Origin: Candidatus Aminicenantes bacterium
GTDB taxonomy: Bacteria > Acidobacteriota > Aminicenantia > Aminicenantales > Aminicenantaceae
Reading direction: 5' to 3'
Assembly (NCBI GenBank): GCA_030615975.1
Contig: JAUWYH010000001.1
Span: forward strand, 1-26,724
DNA: 26,724 nucleotides
Shown: positions 7,686-18,145 of the stretch, in pieces
Layout: each line of letters begins with the position of its first letter
Numbering within the stretch: position 1 is the first letter of the stretch
Position numbers and translations under genes: made by a program
The notes under the pieces: generated by a model
Told to the model about the DNA's origin: nothing
Seen by the model: only the letters and a program-made list of their open reading frames with translations
Databases searched by the model: none

Positions 7686-8768
7686 TCACTTAGTCTTCAT
7701 AATTTCGAGACAAAGGGCCGCAATTCTTTCTGCTGCGTTATCGGTTTTTAGAGACTCTAAATTTTTTTCCATTTGATTTATCTTTTCTCTATATTTCAGA
7801 AAATCGAAAATTTTACGGGCAAGAATTTCAGGACTAAATTCTTCCTCAAGAATAATTTCGGCTCCTCCTATTTTTTCCAATTCTCGGGCATTAAAGACTT
7901 GGTGGTTGTCTGAGGCTTTGGAGAAAGGGATCAATAGAGATGCCTTTTGAGAAGCTATCAGTTCTGCTATAGTTGTTGCTCCGGCACGACTTATGATTAA
8001 ATCTGTTTTTTGAAAGTATTGGGCCATGTTAAAAAAATAAGGAGCCACCGTTACATCTTTGAAATCGTTCTGTTTATAGTTGTTTTCTACCCATTCAAAA
8101 TCTTCTTTTCCGGCCTGATGAAAGATTCTTAACTTATCTTTTTCCCTTTTTAAAAAGGGAAGAGTCGCTGTAATGTTTTTGTTCAAGAAATAAGAACCTT
8201 GGCTTCCTCCGAAAATGAGAATAGTGAGTTTGCTGTTTTTTTGTTTAGGTGCAAGCTGGAAGAATTCTTTTCTTACAGGGTTTCCGATAAATATTCCTTT
8301 GCCCTTAAACGAAGGGAGAGAGCTTTTAAAGGTAACAACCGCTTTTCTGACCCAGGGAATGAGAACTCTGTTGGTAAATCCAGGCTTTAGGTTTTGCTCC
8401 ATGATAAGCGTTGGTGTTTTCATCCATGAGGCCAGAAGAACGATAGGGCCAGAACTGTAGCCTCCAACGCCAATAACCAACTGAGGTTTTATCCGGAGCA
8501 GAATGACAAGAGATTTTAAGAAAGAGAAAGGAAGGAGGAAAAGAGATTTGATGATTTTCAGACCTTTTCCCTTTATTCCTTCAATTTTCAAAGGGATAAA
8601 ATCAACCTGGTGATGTTCCATGATGTTTTTTTCCAAAGCCCGGCTGCTGCCCACATAAGTCAGATGAATATAAGGGGCCTTTTCTGTGAGCTTCTGACCT
8701 ACAGCGAGACCGGGATAAAGGTGACCGCCTGTGCCTCCTCCACTTATGATGACTTTTTTTTTAATCAT
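7686..8768 (-). CDS. murG: Undecaprenyl-PP-MurNAc-pentapeptide N-acetylglucosaminyltransferase
   Basis: GGGTGGHLYP, GGYSS, EQN, GNPVR, GGSQGS, ISRAGATT. Confidence 0.98.
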   Translation of the reverse strand: MIKKKVIISGGGTGGHLYPGLAVGQKLTEKAPYIHLTYVGSSRALEKNIMEHHQVDFIPLKIEGIKGKGLKIIKSLFLLPFSFLKSLVILLRIKPQLVIGVGGYSSGPIVLLASWMKTPTLIMEQNLKPGFTNRVLIPWVRKAVVTFKSSLPSFKGKGIFIGNPVRKEFFQLAPKQKNSKLTILIFGGSQGSYFLNKNITATLPFLKREKDKLRIFHQAGKEDFEWVENNYKQNDFKDVTVAPYFFNMAQYFQKTDLIISRAGATTIAELIASQKASLLIPFSKASDNHQVFNARELEKIGGAEIILEEEFSPEILARKIFDFLKYREKINQMEKNLESLKTDNAAERIAALCLEIMKTK

Positions 8769-9877
8769 TTTTTTCTTCTAATATATCCCCTTCTTTGTGA
8801 AATGTGGAGAAGAATTCCGATGCTAAAAAGAGTACAGATGAGAGAGGATCTTCCGAAGCTTATCAAGGGAAGAGGAATACCTGTAGGAGGCCCCAGCCCT
8901 AAGACTATGCTTATGTTCAATAAAGCTTGAGAAAAGATAGCCAGTGTCAATCCAGCCGCAGCCATTTGGCTCAATAGAGTCGGCGCTTTTAGGGAAATGA
9001 CCAGTCCTCTCCAGAAAAAGATTAAGAAGAGAAGGAGTATGGCTATAGTACCTATAAGACCAAATTCTTCTCCGACAATGGCATATATATAGTCGGTATG
9101 GGCGCAAGGAAGAAAGAAAAGCTTTTGGATGCTTTCACCTATGCTTACACCCAGGAGACCGCCTGAGCCTACAGATAACTTTGATTGGATAATCTGAAAA
9201 CCAGCTCCCTGGGGGTCTTTTGTTGGAGCTAAAAATGCAAAGATTCTGGTCATTCTGTAATTAGCCTGAAAAAGATAAAAAGTAAAAAAAGCAGATGAGA
9301 CGATTCCTAATAAAAGGAAATGTTTAAGCCTTACTCCTCCCATGAAAAGAACGATTGAGCAGATAGCAAAGATCACCATAGCTGTCCCGTAATCAGGCTC
9401 TTTTATGATCAACAGGATGAAGAGGAAGAGGATGCTCAAGGGAAAAATGAGAGTACGAAATTCGTTCAGTTTGTCTTTTTTCCGCTCAAGATAAAGGCTG
9501 AAAAAGAGAATTAAGCTGATTTTTGAAAGTTCTGAAGGCTGGAACCTTAGCCCAAAAAAATGAATCCAGCGATTTGTATTTCCCACAGCCGGCATGAAGA
9601 GACAAAGGACTAAAAGCATAAGAGAGAGGAAAAGAAGTCCGTAAATAAAATAAATATTTTGGTAGAATGGCTTCCTGAGAGTTATAATAAAAATTATAAG
9701 AGTTATTCCTATTACCGCTCCAATGATTTGATTGATAAAAAAATAAAAGGGTTGATGGTATTTTTCGCTGGCAAGAATTCCTGAAGAACTGAAAACCATT
9801 ATTAAGCCGATTATGAGGAGAATCAGCGTGGTGAAAAAGAGAGTTTTATCGAAGCCGTATGGACGATATATCTCCAT
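8765..9877 (-). CDS. ftsW: SEDS peptidoglycan polymerase FtsW
   Basis: Multi-TM protein with RWI, FQPSE.SK, EPDYGT, AHTDYI, GIPLPLISFG. The start was moved to the ATG at 9877 (MEIYRPYG), 1 nt after the murD stop; the ORF-track start at 9994 lies inside murD. Confidence 0.96.
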   Translation of the reverse strand: MEIYRPYGFDKTLFFTTLILLIIGLIMVFSSSGILASEKYHQPFYFFINQIIGAVIGITLIIFIITLRKPFYQNIYFIYGLLFLSLMLLVLCLFMPAVGNTNRWIHFFGLRFQPSELSKISLILFFSLYLERKKDKLNEFRTLIFPLSILFLFILLIIKEPDYGTAMVIFAICSIVLFMGGVRLKHFLLLGIVSSAFFTFYLFQANYRMTRIFAFLAPTKDPQGAGFQIIQSKLSVGSGGLLGVSIGESIQKLFFLPCAHTDYIYAIVGEEFGLIGTIAILLLFLIFFWRGLVISLKAPTLLSQMAAAGLTLAIFSQALLNISIVLGLGPPTGIPLPLISFGRSSLICTLFSIGILLHISQRRGYIRRKK

Positions 9878-9878
9878 C

Positions 9879-11249
9879 TTAAAATACCTTTTCTTTTTCC
9901 ATCTCTTTCTTAAGGTTAAAGACTTCTTGTTTAAAGATTTCACCTCTTTCTTCAAAATTTCGAAACATATCGAAACTCGTACAGGCAGGAGCAAAAAGAA
10001 CTACCTCTCCAGGTTTCGCCTCTGAAAAGCTTGCTCTCACTGCCTCCTCCAGTGAAGAAACCTCATTCATCGGAAGAATGTCTTTCAAAACATTCTTGAT
10101 TTTCTCACTCGCTTCCCCGATAAGAATAATTTTTTTTGCTCTATCTTGAATAGATCTCTGCAGCTTCTTAAAATCGCCTCCTTTATCTCTTCCTCCCAAT
10201 ATAAGGATAATTTTCTGCTGGAAGCTCTGAGTAGATTTTAGGGTGGCATCCACATTTGTTGCTTTGGAATCATTATAAAAATCGACTCCGTTTATCGTTG
10301 TCACTTTTTCTAAGCGGTGTTCAAGTCCTTTAAATTTTCTTATTGATTTTCTTATTCGAGTCAGAGGAAGGCCAAAGAGGTACCCAACTAAAGCAGCGGC
10401 CATTATGTTTTCTTGATTATGAGACCCAAGAAGAGGAATTTCCGAAGTATTCATCAATTTTTTTTCTTCTGTATCAGTTAGAATAATCCAATCCCCTTGA
10501 AGAAAACATCCCGGGCTGACTTTCTTTTTTCGGCTGAAGGCGTAGACTTGAGATTTTGCTTCTGTATGCAGGTCCCAAACAAGGGAGTCGTCTTGATTCA
10601 AAATAGCGGTATCATTTTCTTCCTGAAAGCTTATGAGCTTCTTTTTTGCTTTGTAATAGTCGTCAAAAGAGGGATGCCAGTCCAGATGATCAGGGGAGAT
10701 GTTGAGAAAGACTGAGACTGAAGCCCTGAAATGTTCAATATATTGAAGCTGGAAGCTTGAGATTTCCGTCACATAAACATTGTCCTTTTTGCTTCGTTCA
10801 ACGAGGCTGATTAGAGGAGTTCCAATATTCCCTGCCAGATAAGATGACACCCCTCCTTCTTTGAGAATCTTATGAGTTAGCGAAGCAGTTGTCGATTTTC
10901 CGTTGGAACCTGTTATCCCTACGATTTTTCCCTGTAAAAAATTGTAAGCCAGTTCTATTTCCGAAATGATTCTCACTCCTTGGGCCTTGGCAGCTTTGAT
11001 CTCAGGGAGAAGTGGGACTCCTGGGCTGGGCACAATCAAATCAACTTCATAAAAAGATCTTTGTTCATGTTTTCCAGCTTCAACCATGATGCCTTCTTGT
11101 TTCCAGAAGGAGATTTTTTCGCCCAGTTCCTCTGGAGTTTTCTTTTCGCTCACTTTTATTTGAGCTCCTTGATGAAGAAGAAAATGGCAAACGGCTTCCC
11201 CAGTTTTTCCTAATCCCACGACCAAAACATTTTTACCTTTCAGATTCAT
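9879..11249 (-). CDS. murD: UDP-N-acetylmuramoyl-L-alanine--D-glutamate ligase
   Basis: VVGLGKTG, GITGSNGKSTT, EISSFQL, DHLDWH, YNDSKATN, PACTSFDMF. Confidence 0.98.
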   Translation of the reverse strand: MNLKGKNVLVVGLGKTGEAVCHFLLHQGAQIKVSEKKTPEELGEKISFWKQEGIMVEAGKHEQRSFYEVDLIVPSPGVPLLPEIKAAKAQGVRIISEIELAYNFLQGKIVGITGSNGKSTTASLTHKILKEGGVSSYLAGNIGTPLISLVERSKKDNVYVTEISSFQLQYIEHFRASVSVFLNISPDHLDWHPSFDDYYKAKKKLISFQEENDTAILNQDDSLVWDLHTEAKSQVYAFSRKKKVSPGCFLQGDWIILTDTEEKKLMNTSEIPLLGSHNQENIMAAALVGYLFGLPLTRIRKSIRKFKGLEHRLEKVTTINGVDFYNDSKATNVDATLKSTQSFQQKIILILGGRDKGGDFKKLQRSIQDRAKKIILIGEASEKIKNVLKDILPMNEVSSLEEAVRASFSEAKPGEVVLFAPACTSFDMFRNFEERGEIFKQEVFNLKKEMEKEKVF

Positions 11250-11250
11250 T

Positions 11251-12339
11251 TTATCTCAGCTTTAGGGTTGTAAGACTGAAAAGAGCAAATATGATAGCAG
11301 CTATCCAGAAGCGGATCACAATTTTTTCTTCAGACCATCCTATGAGTTCGAAATGATGGTGGAGGGGAGCCATCTTGAATATCCTTTTTCCTCCTGTAAA
11401 TTTAAAGTAAACAATTTGAAGAAGAACAGATATGGCTTCCAGGATGAAGACACCTGCCACCATGAAAAGAAGGAATTCTTGCTTTATCAAGATAGCGACA
11501 ATTCCAATCGTCGCTCCCAGAGATAAAGCTCCTGCATCTCCCATGAAGATTTGAGCAGGATGGCAATTGTACCAGAGAAATCCAAGGCAGGCTCCTGACA
11601 TAGCACCAACAAATATAGTGAGTTCTGCGGCTTGAGGAACCATGGCAATATTTAAATATTGAGACCAGAGGGCATGACCTGCTGTATAGGAGAGAGCCAT
11701 AAAGGCGCTGGTACTGATGAGGGTGAGACCGATGGCTAACCCATCAAGACCATCAGCAAGATTAACAGAATTTGAAGACCCGACAAGAATAAGCATGATC
11801 CATGGAAGATAAATCCAGCCTAAATATGGAACCCATTTCTTAAAGAACGGAAGATTCAGATGGAGATTGAACTCTCCTCTCAAGCCAAGATAAACAAGGG
11901 TAATTCCGATGAGCGCGGAGAGGATAATCTGGAAAAAAAGTTTATGGCGAATGATAAGCCCTGAGTCCTTTTTCATCTTGATCTTGAGATAGTCATCCCA
12001 AAAGCCGAGAAGCCCAAAGCAAAGCATAGTCGCCATCGCCAACCAGATGTAGTAGTTACTTAGATTGCCCCAAAGAAGCGTGGTAATAAGAGTTGAGCCG
12101 ATAATCAGAATACCACCCATTGATGGGGTCCCTTTTTTTTCGAAATGAGATTCAGGGCCATCTGCTCTTATCTCTTCTCCAATCTGGTATTTTTTCAAAA
12201 AATTGATTAATAAAGGTCCGAGAATAAGGCTTAAGAGAAGAGCTGTTATTCCAGCTAAGGCTGTCCTGACAGTGATGTAGCGAAATACATTAAAGAAGAT
12301 AAAATATTCTTTCAGCGGAACGAGAAGATGATACAGCAT
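11251..12339 (-). CDS. mraY: Phospho-N-acetylmuramoyl-pentapeptide transferase
   Basis: KKGTPSMGG, DDYLK, NLADGLDGL, IFMGDAG, MAPLHHHFE. Confidence 0.98.
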   Translation of the reverse strand: MLYHLLVPLKEYFIFFNVFRYITVRTALAGITALLLSLILGPLLINFLKKYQIGEEIRADGPESHFEKKGTPSMGGILIIGSTLITTLLWGNLSNYYIWLAMATMLCFGLLGFWDDYLKIKMKKDSGLIIRHKLFFQIILSALIGITLVYLGLRGEFNLHLNLPFFKKWVPYLGWIYLPWIMLILVGSSNSVNLADGLDGLAIGLTLISTSAFMALSYTAGHALWSQYLNIAMVPQAAELTIFVGAMSGACLGFLWYNCHPAQIFMGDAGALSLGATIGIVAILIKQEFLLFMVAGVFILEAISVLLQIVYFKFTGGKRIFKMAPLHHHFELIGWSEEKIVIRFWIAAIIFALFSLTTLKLR

Positions 12340-12340
12340 G

Positions 12341-13723
12341 TTATGGCCCTTTTGATTTCAATTTTTCAACAATTTTTTCTGTTTCTATTTTCCTAGAACC
12401 TTTGACGAGAATAAGGTCTCCATCACGGATAAGAGTCCATATTTTTTCAGCAGCCTCTTCAGAATCCTTGAAAGAGAAGATTTGATTTGTTTTCATTCCT
12501 GAAGATAAAGCTCCTTCAGCCATGTGCATGCTTAGGGAACCGACAGTTACAAGGCAATCCCATCCCCATTTAGCCACATGCTTTCCTGCCTGAATGTGGA
12601 ATTCGACCTCCTTTTCTCCAAGTTCTAACATATCGCCTAATACGGCTATCTTTTTCTTGCTTGGAAGCTCTGCCAATCCCTTCAAAGCCTCCTCCAGCGC
12701 TCTTGGATTTGAGTTGTAAGAATCATCAATGAGTTTAATATTCCTTTTTAAAGGAAAGAAAATGCCTCTCCTTGGAAAAGGCTTTAAGTTTTTTATTTGG
12801 CCATGAATATCTTCGAAAGGAACAGATAAAACATAGGCTACTGCCGAAGCTGCAAGGAAATTATACAGGAAACCTTCGTAGAAGAACGGAAAAAGGATTT
12901 CTCCTTTTCTTTGTCCATAAATGATTTCAAAAAGCATGCCTTTAAATCCTATTTTTTGGATGTTTCTGGCACGAATGTCGCATTCAGAGGAGAGGCCGAA
13001 GATTATTTTCTTTCCCTTCCAGTCTCTGGCTATTTTTTTTATTCGAGGATCATCTCCGTTGAGGACAGCTGTCCCGCCCATTTTCATTCCTTCCAGGATT
13101 TCTTTTTTTGCTTTGCCTATCTCTTCGATACTTTTAAAAAATTGGAGGTGAACAGGGCTAATGTTGGTTATGACAGCCACGTCAGGGGGAGCTGTTTGAG
13201 TCAATGCTCTGATTTCTCCAGGGGCGCTCATGGCCATCTCCAGCACAGCTACCTCGTGGGTATTATTTAGTCTGAGAAGAGAGAGAGGCAAGCCCAATTG
13301 ATTGTTGAAGTTTCCCTCTGACTTGAGTACTTTGAAAGTGGAGGAGAGCAGCGAATAGGAAAATTCTTTTGTAGTTGTCTTCCCGATGCTTCCAGTGATG
13401 CCGATAACCTTAATTTTATAATCACAAAGGACTTTTTTCGCCAGTTTATTGAGAGCTTCGAGTGTGTCCTTGACTTGTATGAGGGCGATGTTTTTTTCAG
13501 GGAGAGATATTTTTTGAGAAATAATCGCTCCTGCGGCTCCTTTTTTTACAGCGTGAGGAACAAAATTGTGGCCATTGCGGTTGGCTACTAAAGCGATAAA
13601 AAGTTCTCCTGGTTCTGTCAATCTAGAATCTATGTTGAACTTACTGAAAGCAAGAGATGGAGAGCCTTGAAGGATGGTCCCATCTATTTTTCGAGCGACC
13701 TCGCTCAAGCAAAGTTCAACCAA
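12341..13723 (-). CDS. murF: UDP-N-acetylmuramoyl-tripeptide--D-Ala-D-Ala ligase
   Basis: DSR, GITGSIGKTTTK, GNFNNQLGLP, DDSYNSNP, LGDMLELG, LVKGSR. TTG start with a GGAGG SD. Confidence 0.97.
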   Translation of the reverse strand: MVELCLSEVARKIDGTILQGSPSLAFSKFNIDSRLTEPGELFIALVANRNGHNFVPHAVKKGAAGAIISQKISLPEKNIALIQVKDTLEALNKLAKKVLCDYKIKVIGITGSIGKTTTKEFSYSLLSSTFKVLKSEGNFNNQLGLPLSLLRLNNTHEVAVLEMAMSAPGEIRALTQTAPPDVAVITNISPVHLQFFKSIEEIGKAKKEILEGMKMGGTAVLNGDDPRIKKIARDWKGKKIIFGLSSECDIRARNIQKIGFKGMLFEIIYGQRKGEILFPFFYEGFLYNFLAASAVAYVLSVPFEDIHGQIKNLKPFPRRGIFFPLKRNIKLIDDSYNSNPRALEEALKGLAELPSKKKIAVLGDMLELGEKEVEFHIQAGKHVAKWGWDCLVTVGSLSMHMAEGALSSGMKTNQIFSFKDSEEAAEKIWTLIRDGDLILVKGSRKIETEKIVEKLKSKGP

Positions 13724-15191
13724 TTTTCGTCGCCTCCATTTTTTGAAGTATCTCTCTTATGACTTCAACATCGTTGAAAGGAATAATCTTATCGCCGATT
13801 ATTTGATAATTTTCATGTCCTTTTCCAGCAACAAGTATATAATCTCCTTTTTTCCCCAGAGCCAAAGCTCGTTTAATAGCTTCTTTTCGGTTGGGTTGGA
13901 TTTCGTATTTTTTTTCTCCTGTTTTTTTTAGACCGTTTTCAATCTCTGAAATAATATCCAAAGGATCCTCTGAACGAGGATTATCAGATGTGATGATCGT
14001 CCAATCGGCAAGTGCGCCGGCTGCTTTTCCCATTCTCTCTCTTTTTGTTTTGTCCCTATCGCCTCCTGCCCCGAACACCAATAGAATTCGGCGAGGGTTC
14101 TGTTCACGGACAGTTTTCAGTAAGTTTCTCAGAGCATCATCAGTGTGTGCATAGTCGACGAAGATATGAAATCCAAAAGAATTTTTAATTTTCTCGAATC
14201 TTCCTGGTACACCTTGAAGTGAAGCGATGCCTTCTTTTATCGCTGGTTGGGGAATGTTTAGAGTCAGGGCAGTGGCTACAGAGGCTAATATGTTGTAAAG
14301 GTTAGGCTTGCCAAGAAGAGGTGATGCAAGAGAGAGAGTTCCTCCTGGATATTTAACACAAAGCTCTATCCCTTCCTCGCTGAACTTGTATTTCTCCGCT
14401 CGAATGATAGCGGTTGGATCGAGTCCGTAGGTGATAACACCGATGGGAATCTCTGCTATCAATTTTTTCCCCCAAGGATCATCTGAGTTTACAACTGCGA
14501 TTCTTTTTTTCTTATTAAGGAAAAAAAGCTTTTTTTTAGCTTCAAAATATTTATCCATGGAATGATGATAATCAAGATGGTCTCCGCTTAGATTTGTAAA
14601 GACTGCAGCATCGAACCCTATGCCCATCACTCTCTTAAGATCTAAAGCATGAGAGGAGACTTCTATCAAGCAATGAGTTGCTCCATTTGCAAGCATTTCG
14701 CTTAAAATTCTCTGTAAATCTGGTGCTTCAGGAGTGGTTCTCTCAGCAGTAACTTCCATATTTGGTCCTCGATAGGAAATAGTTCCTATAACACCAGTAA
14801 GAAATTGAGCTTTTTTTAAAATTTCTTCTAACAAATAAGTCAGAGTTGTTTTTCCTTTTGTCCCTGTGATTCCGACGATTTTCATGTGCTCGGAAGGATG
14901 AGAATAAAAATTGGCTGAACATAGTGCTAGGGCCTCCCGCGCGTCAGAAGTATGAATCCAGCTTTTGTCGAAATTATGAGGTTTTGGCTTTTCGGATAAA
15001 AAAGCAGCGGCACCCTTAAGGAGAGCTTCCTGGATGAATCGAAAACCATCTGTTTTTTCTCCTTTTAAAGCAGCAAATAAAAATCCTGGTTGAATTTTTT
15101 CCGATGAATGGGAAATACCTAGAATTTCTTCTTCTTTATTTCCGCAGAAATCACAAATCGAGATTCCAGTTAATAAATCTTTGAGCTTCAT
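13716..15191 (-). CDS. murE: UDP-MurNAc-L-Ala-D-Glu--2,6-diaminopimelate ligase
   Basis: GITGTKGKTT, TTPE, EVSSHAL, DHLDYH, DYAHTDDAL, GAGGDRD, AGKGHE. The SDNPR motif indicates meso-DAP specificity. Confidence 0.97.
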   Translation of the reverse strand: MKLKDLLTGISICDFCGNKEEEILGISHSSEKIQPGFLFAALKGEKTDGFRFIQEALLKGAAAFLSEKPKPHNFDKSWIHTSDAREALALCSANFYSHPSEHMKIVGITGTKGKTTLTYLLEEILKKAQFLTGVIGTISYRGPNMEVTAERTTPEAPDLQRILSEMLANGATHCLIEVSSHALDLKRVMGIGFDAAVFTNLSGDHLDYHHSMDKYFEAKKKLFFLNKKKRIAVVNSDDPWGKKLIAEIPIGVITYGLDPTAIIRAEKYKFSEEGIELCVKYPGGTLSLASPLLGKPNLYNILASVATALTLNIPQPAIKEGIASLQGVPGRFEKIKNSFGFHIFVDYAHTDDALRNLLKTVREQNPRRILLVFGAGGDRDKTKRERMGKAAGALADWTIITSDNPRSEDPLDIISEIENGLKKTGEKKYEIQPNRKEAIKRALALGKKGDYILVAGKGHENYQIIGDKIIPFNDVEVIREILQKMEATKIG

Positions 15192-16939
15192 TGATCCATG
15201 AGCCTCAATGGTTTGGCGGCGATGATTGTCTTTAAGGAGTCTTCTTGAGGAGGTATCCGTAAATATTGGAGGACTTGAGCAGCAATTTTTCGAAAGACAG
15301 GGGCTGCCACCTGGCTTCCATAATATTGACCTTGGGGGTCGTCAATGACCACAATCATTGAAAAAACAGGTTTTTCAGCCATTACAAAACCGACAAAAGA
15401 CGCAGTATGGTTGGATGAAGAATAAGTGCCGGTGGATGGAATGAATTTCTGAGCAGTCCCTGTCTTTCCTGCGATCTTATAGCCTTTTATTTGAGCGGCT
15501 TTTCCTGTGCCTTTTTCCACTACTCTTTCCAGAATAAGGCTTAAATTTGAAGCTGTTATTTCAGAAATGACTCTTTTATAGCTCAGAGGTTCCTTTTTTT
15601 GATCAAAAGAAGAGGTTAAGATTTTTTTAACAATCTTTGGTGGGGTGACAACTCCCCTGTTGGCGATGATGTTTATCACTTGCAGCATTTGGATAGCTGT
15701 GACTGAAATTTCATACCCAATGGAAAGAGAAGCAAGGGATATTTGGGTCCAGTTTTTTACAGGTCTTACAATCCCCTTTACTTCAACAGGAAGATCAATT
15801 CCTGTTTTTTGGCCAAAACCAAAAGCTTTTATTGTTTTGAAAAGGGTTTTTTCTCCGAGACGTTGGCCGATTTGGATCGCACCGACATTGGAAGAATGGA
15901 TGATGACCTCTGGAAAGGATAGAATTCCAAATCTGCGATAATCTCTGAAGGTCTTTCCAGCGATGTTAATGGCTCCTTTGCTGCAATCAAAGTCCTCATC
16001 CAAGCTTATTGATTTTGACTCCATTGCTGCTGCAGCTATGATGATCTTAAAGGTGGATCCAGGATCGACAATGTGGTGAATTCCTTGAATCCTATCAATT
16101 TTTAAAGGATCGGGAGGAGGGTTGTTCAAATCGAAAAAGGGGTAATTCGCCAAAGCCAAAATTTCCCCTGTAGAGGGCTCACAAATGATAACCGTCCCCC
16201 ACTTTGCCTTTCTTTTGAGGATGGCTCGCTCCAGCTCTTTTTCGGCAATATATTGGATGGTTTCATCTATTGTTAGAGTTAAGTCATTTCCGGGTTCAGG
16301 TCTCTCCAAAGTTTCAAAATGGTATTCTCTTAGTTTAGCGTCTCTCAAGATGAGTCGTTTCCCTTTTTTTCCTGCCAATTGAGCGTTGTATTTATACTCG
16401 ATACCACTGGCTCCATCATCATCGATGTTCACTCTTCCTAAGATTTGGGCTGCTTGTGTTCCTTGAGGATAGAATCTTTTGTTTTCTTCCGTTAAATGTA
16501 TTCCACTTAGATGGAGATTTTCGACTTTTTCTGCTTTTTTAGAGTCAATCTTTCTTTTCAACCATATAAAAGAAGCATTTTTCTCTATTCTTCGTTTTAT
16601 TATCTTAAGATCTTTCTCTGAAAGCTTTAACAACCCTTTCAGCTTTTGAATTTTTTGGAATTGATAGTCGAAAGGCTCGTTGTTGAAAGATACATAATAA
16701 ACGGATTGAGTTGGAATGCTTCTGGCCAAGATATTGCCATTTCGGTCATAAATTGTTCCTCTTTTGGGAGATATAGTGTTTATGCTTCGATTCTGTTCGA
16801 TAACTTCAGCTTTTAGCCGGGGGTGATCTATGACTTGGAGTTGGATAAGACGAAAGATAATTCCAGAGAGCCAAATCAGGGAAAAAAAAGCGAGGATGAC
16901 AGTTCTTTTTTTAACTTTTTTCTGATATAAGCTGCTCAT
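15188..16939 (-). CDS. ftsI: Class B penicillin-binding protein FtsI/PBP3
   Basis: N-terminal TM, RGTIYDRNG, RFYPQG, SxxK (GSTFK), SxN (SSN), KTGT; no PASTA repeats visible. Confidence 0.95.
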   Translation of the reverse strand: MSSLYQKKVKKRTVILAFFSLIWLSGIIFRLIQLQVIDHPRLKAEVIEQNRSINTISPKRGTIYDRNGNILARSIPTQSVYYVSFNNEPFDYQFQKIQKLKGLLKLSEKDLKIIKRRIEKNASFIWLKRKIDSKKAEKVENLHLSGIHLTEENKRFYPQGTQAAQILGRVNIDDDGASGIEYKYNAQLAGKKGKRLILRDAKLREYHFETLERPEPGNDLTLTIDETIQYIAEKELERAILKRKAKWGTVIICEPSTGEILALANYPFFDLNNPPPDPLKIDRIQGIHHIVDPGSTFKIIIAAAAMESKSISLDEDFDCSKGAINIAGKTFRDYRRFGILSFPEVIIHSSNVGAIQIGQRLGEKTLFKTIKAFGFGQKTGIDLPVEVKGIVRPVKNWTQISLASLSIGYEISVTAIQMLQVINIIANRGVVTPPKIVKKILTSSFDQKKEPLSYKRVISEITASNLSLILERVVEKGTGKAAQIKGYKIAGKTGTAQKFIPSTGTYSSSNHTASFVGFVMAEKPVFSMIVVIDDPQGQYYGSQVAAPVFRKIAAQVLQYLRIPPQEDSLKTIIAAKPLRLMDQ

Positions 16940-16948
16940 AAGCTTGTT

Positions 16949-17248
16949 TTAAGGTTCAGGTCTGAAGTTATCATAAATGATCTGCTCTTTTTTAGGTTTC
17001 TCTAACTTTAATTTTTCTTTTGCGATTTTTTCCACTCTTTCGAGAGCAAGAAGCGATGATTTTTCTGTTTCCAGTTTTTCAACGTCTTTTTTTAAAGACT
17101 GAAGATTTTCTTCCAATTCGCCTATTTTGTATCCTACTCGGATAGATTCTATTTGATTCCAGATGTAGAAGGTAAGAAAGAACATCACCGCGATCGTCCA
17201 AACCAAACCAACCACTATTTCTTTTTTTCTGATTTTTTTTCTTACCAT
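16949..17248 (-). CDS. ftsL: Cell division protein FtsL
   Basis: 99 aa: basic N-terminus, one TM helix, a coiled coil ending ERVEKIAKEKLKL; located between rsmH and ftsI. Confidence 0.85.
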   Translation of the reverse strand: MVRKKIRKKEIVVGLVWTIAVMFFLTFYIWNQIESIRVGYKIGELEENLQSLKKDVEKLETEKSSLLALERVEKIAKEKLKLEKPKKEQIIYDNFRPEP

Positions 17249-18145
17249 CTAAATTCTTTCAGCTGCTCTCAATTTGGCTGATCTCGCTCTAAAATTAATG
17301 ACGATTTCTTCTTCATCAGGGATGACGGGCTTTTTTGTCAGAATTTTCAGGATAGGAGGCGAGTCATTTGATGTAGCAAGATCGGCGAATGTATGCTTTA
17401 TTATTCTATCTTCTAATGAATGGAAGGAAATGGCGATAATACGAGCTTTTTTGGGCAGTTTTTGCCCTGTCTTTTCTAAGAAACACGAAAGGCTTTTCAA
17501 TTCTTGGTTGACCTCGATCCGCAGGGCTTGAAAAACTTTTGCTGCAGGATGGGTCTTTCCTTTTTTAGGTCTCCAGGGGCAGATTTCTTCAACGATATGG
17601 CGAAGCTGGGACGTTGTCTCAATTTTTTTAAGTTTTCTTCTTGAAATAATTACTCTGGCAAGCCTGTTGGCCCGTCTGAATTCTCCGTATTCTTGAAATA
17701 TTTTAGCGAGTTTATGTTCTGAATATTTATTGATTATTTTTGAGGCTGTTACTTTATTCCGAAGGTCCATTCTCATATCGAGAGGGCCTTCTCGATTGAA
17801 ACTGAAGCCTCTTTCTGGAGAGTCAAGCTGGAAAGAGGAGAGGCCTAAATCAAGAAGAATCCCTTTTATGTGGGTAAAATCTATTTTGAGATCTGGGAGA
17901 TATCTGAAATCTGAATGATAAAGCGTGACCCTGTCTGCGTAGGGTTCAAGTTTCTTTTTTGCCTTTAGAAGAGAGCTTTCATCGATATCGAAGCCAATAA
18001 GAGTGGCTTTAGGGTTTCTTTTTACTATTTGGAGAGCGTGTCCTGCCACTCCAAGAGTGCAGTCGACATAAATACCTTCTCTTTTAATATCCAGATAATC
18101 CATGACCTCTTCTAAAAGAACAGGAATGTGGCCGTTTCCGTTCAT
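17249..18145 (-). CDS. rsmH: 16S rRNA m4C1402 methyltransferase RsmH (MraW)
   Basis: HIPVLLEE, DCTLG, DLGLSSFQLD..ERGFSF, PLDMRMD, FQALRIEVN, FHSLEDR, RARSAKLR. Confidence 0.98.
   Translation of the reverse strand: MNGNGHIPVLLEEVMDYLDIKREGIYVDCTLGVAGHALQIVKRNPKATLIGFDIDESSLLKAKKKLEPYADRVTLYHSDFRYLPDLKIDFTHIKGILLDLGLSSFQLDSPERGFSFNREGPLDMRMDLRNKVTASKIINKYSEHKLAKIFQEYGEFRRANRLARVIISRRKLKKIETTSQLRHIVEEICPWRPKKGKTHPAAKVFQALRIEVNQELKSLSCFLEKTGQKLPKKARIIAISFHSLEDRIIKHTFADLATSNDSPPILKILTKKPVIPDEEEIVINFRARSAKLRAAERI

Noticed and set aside
9878-9994. ORF-track N-terminal extension of FtsW
   Set aside because: It lies inside murD. The ATG at 9877 gives a normal-length FtsW.
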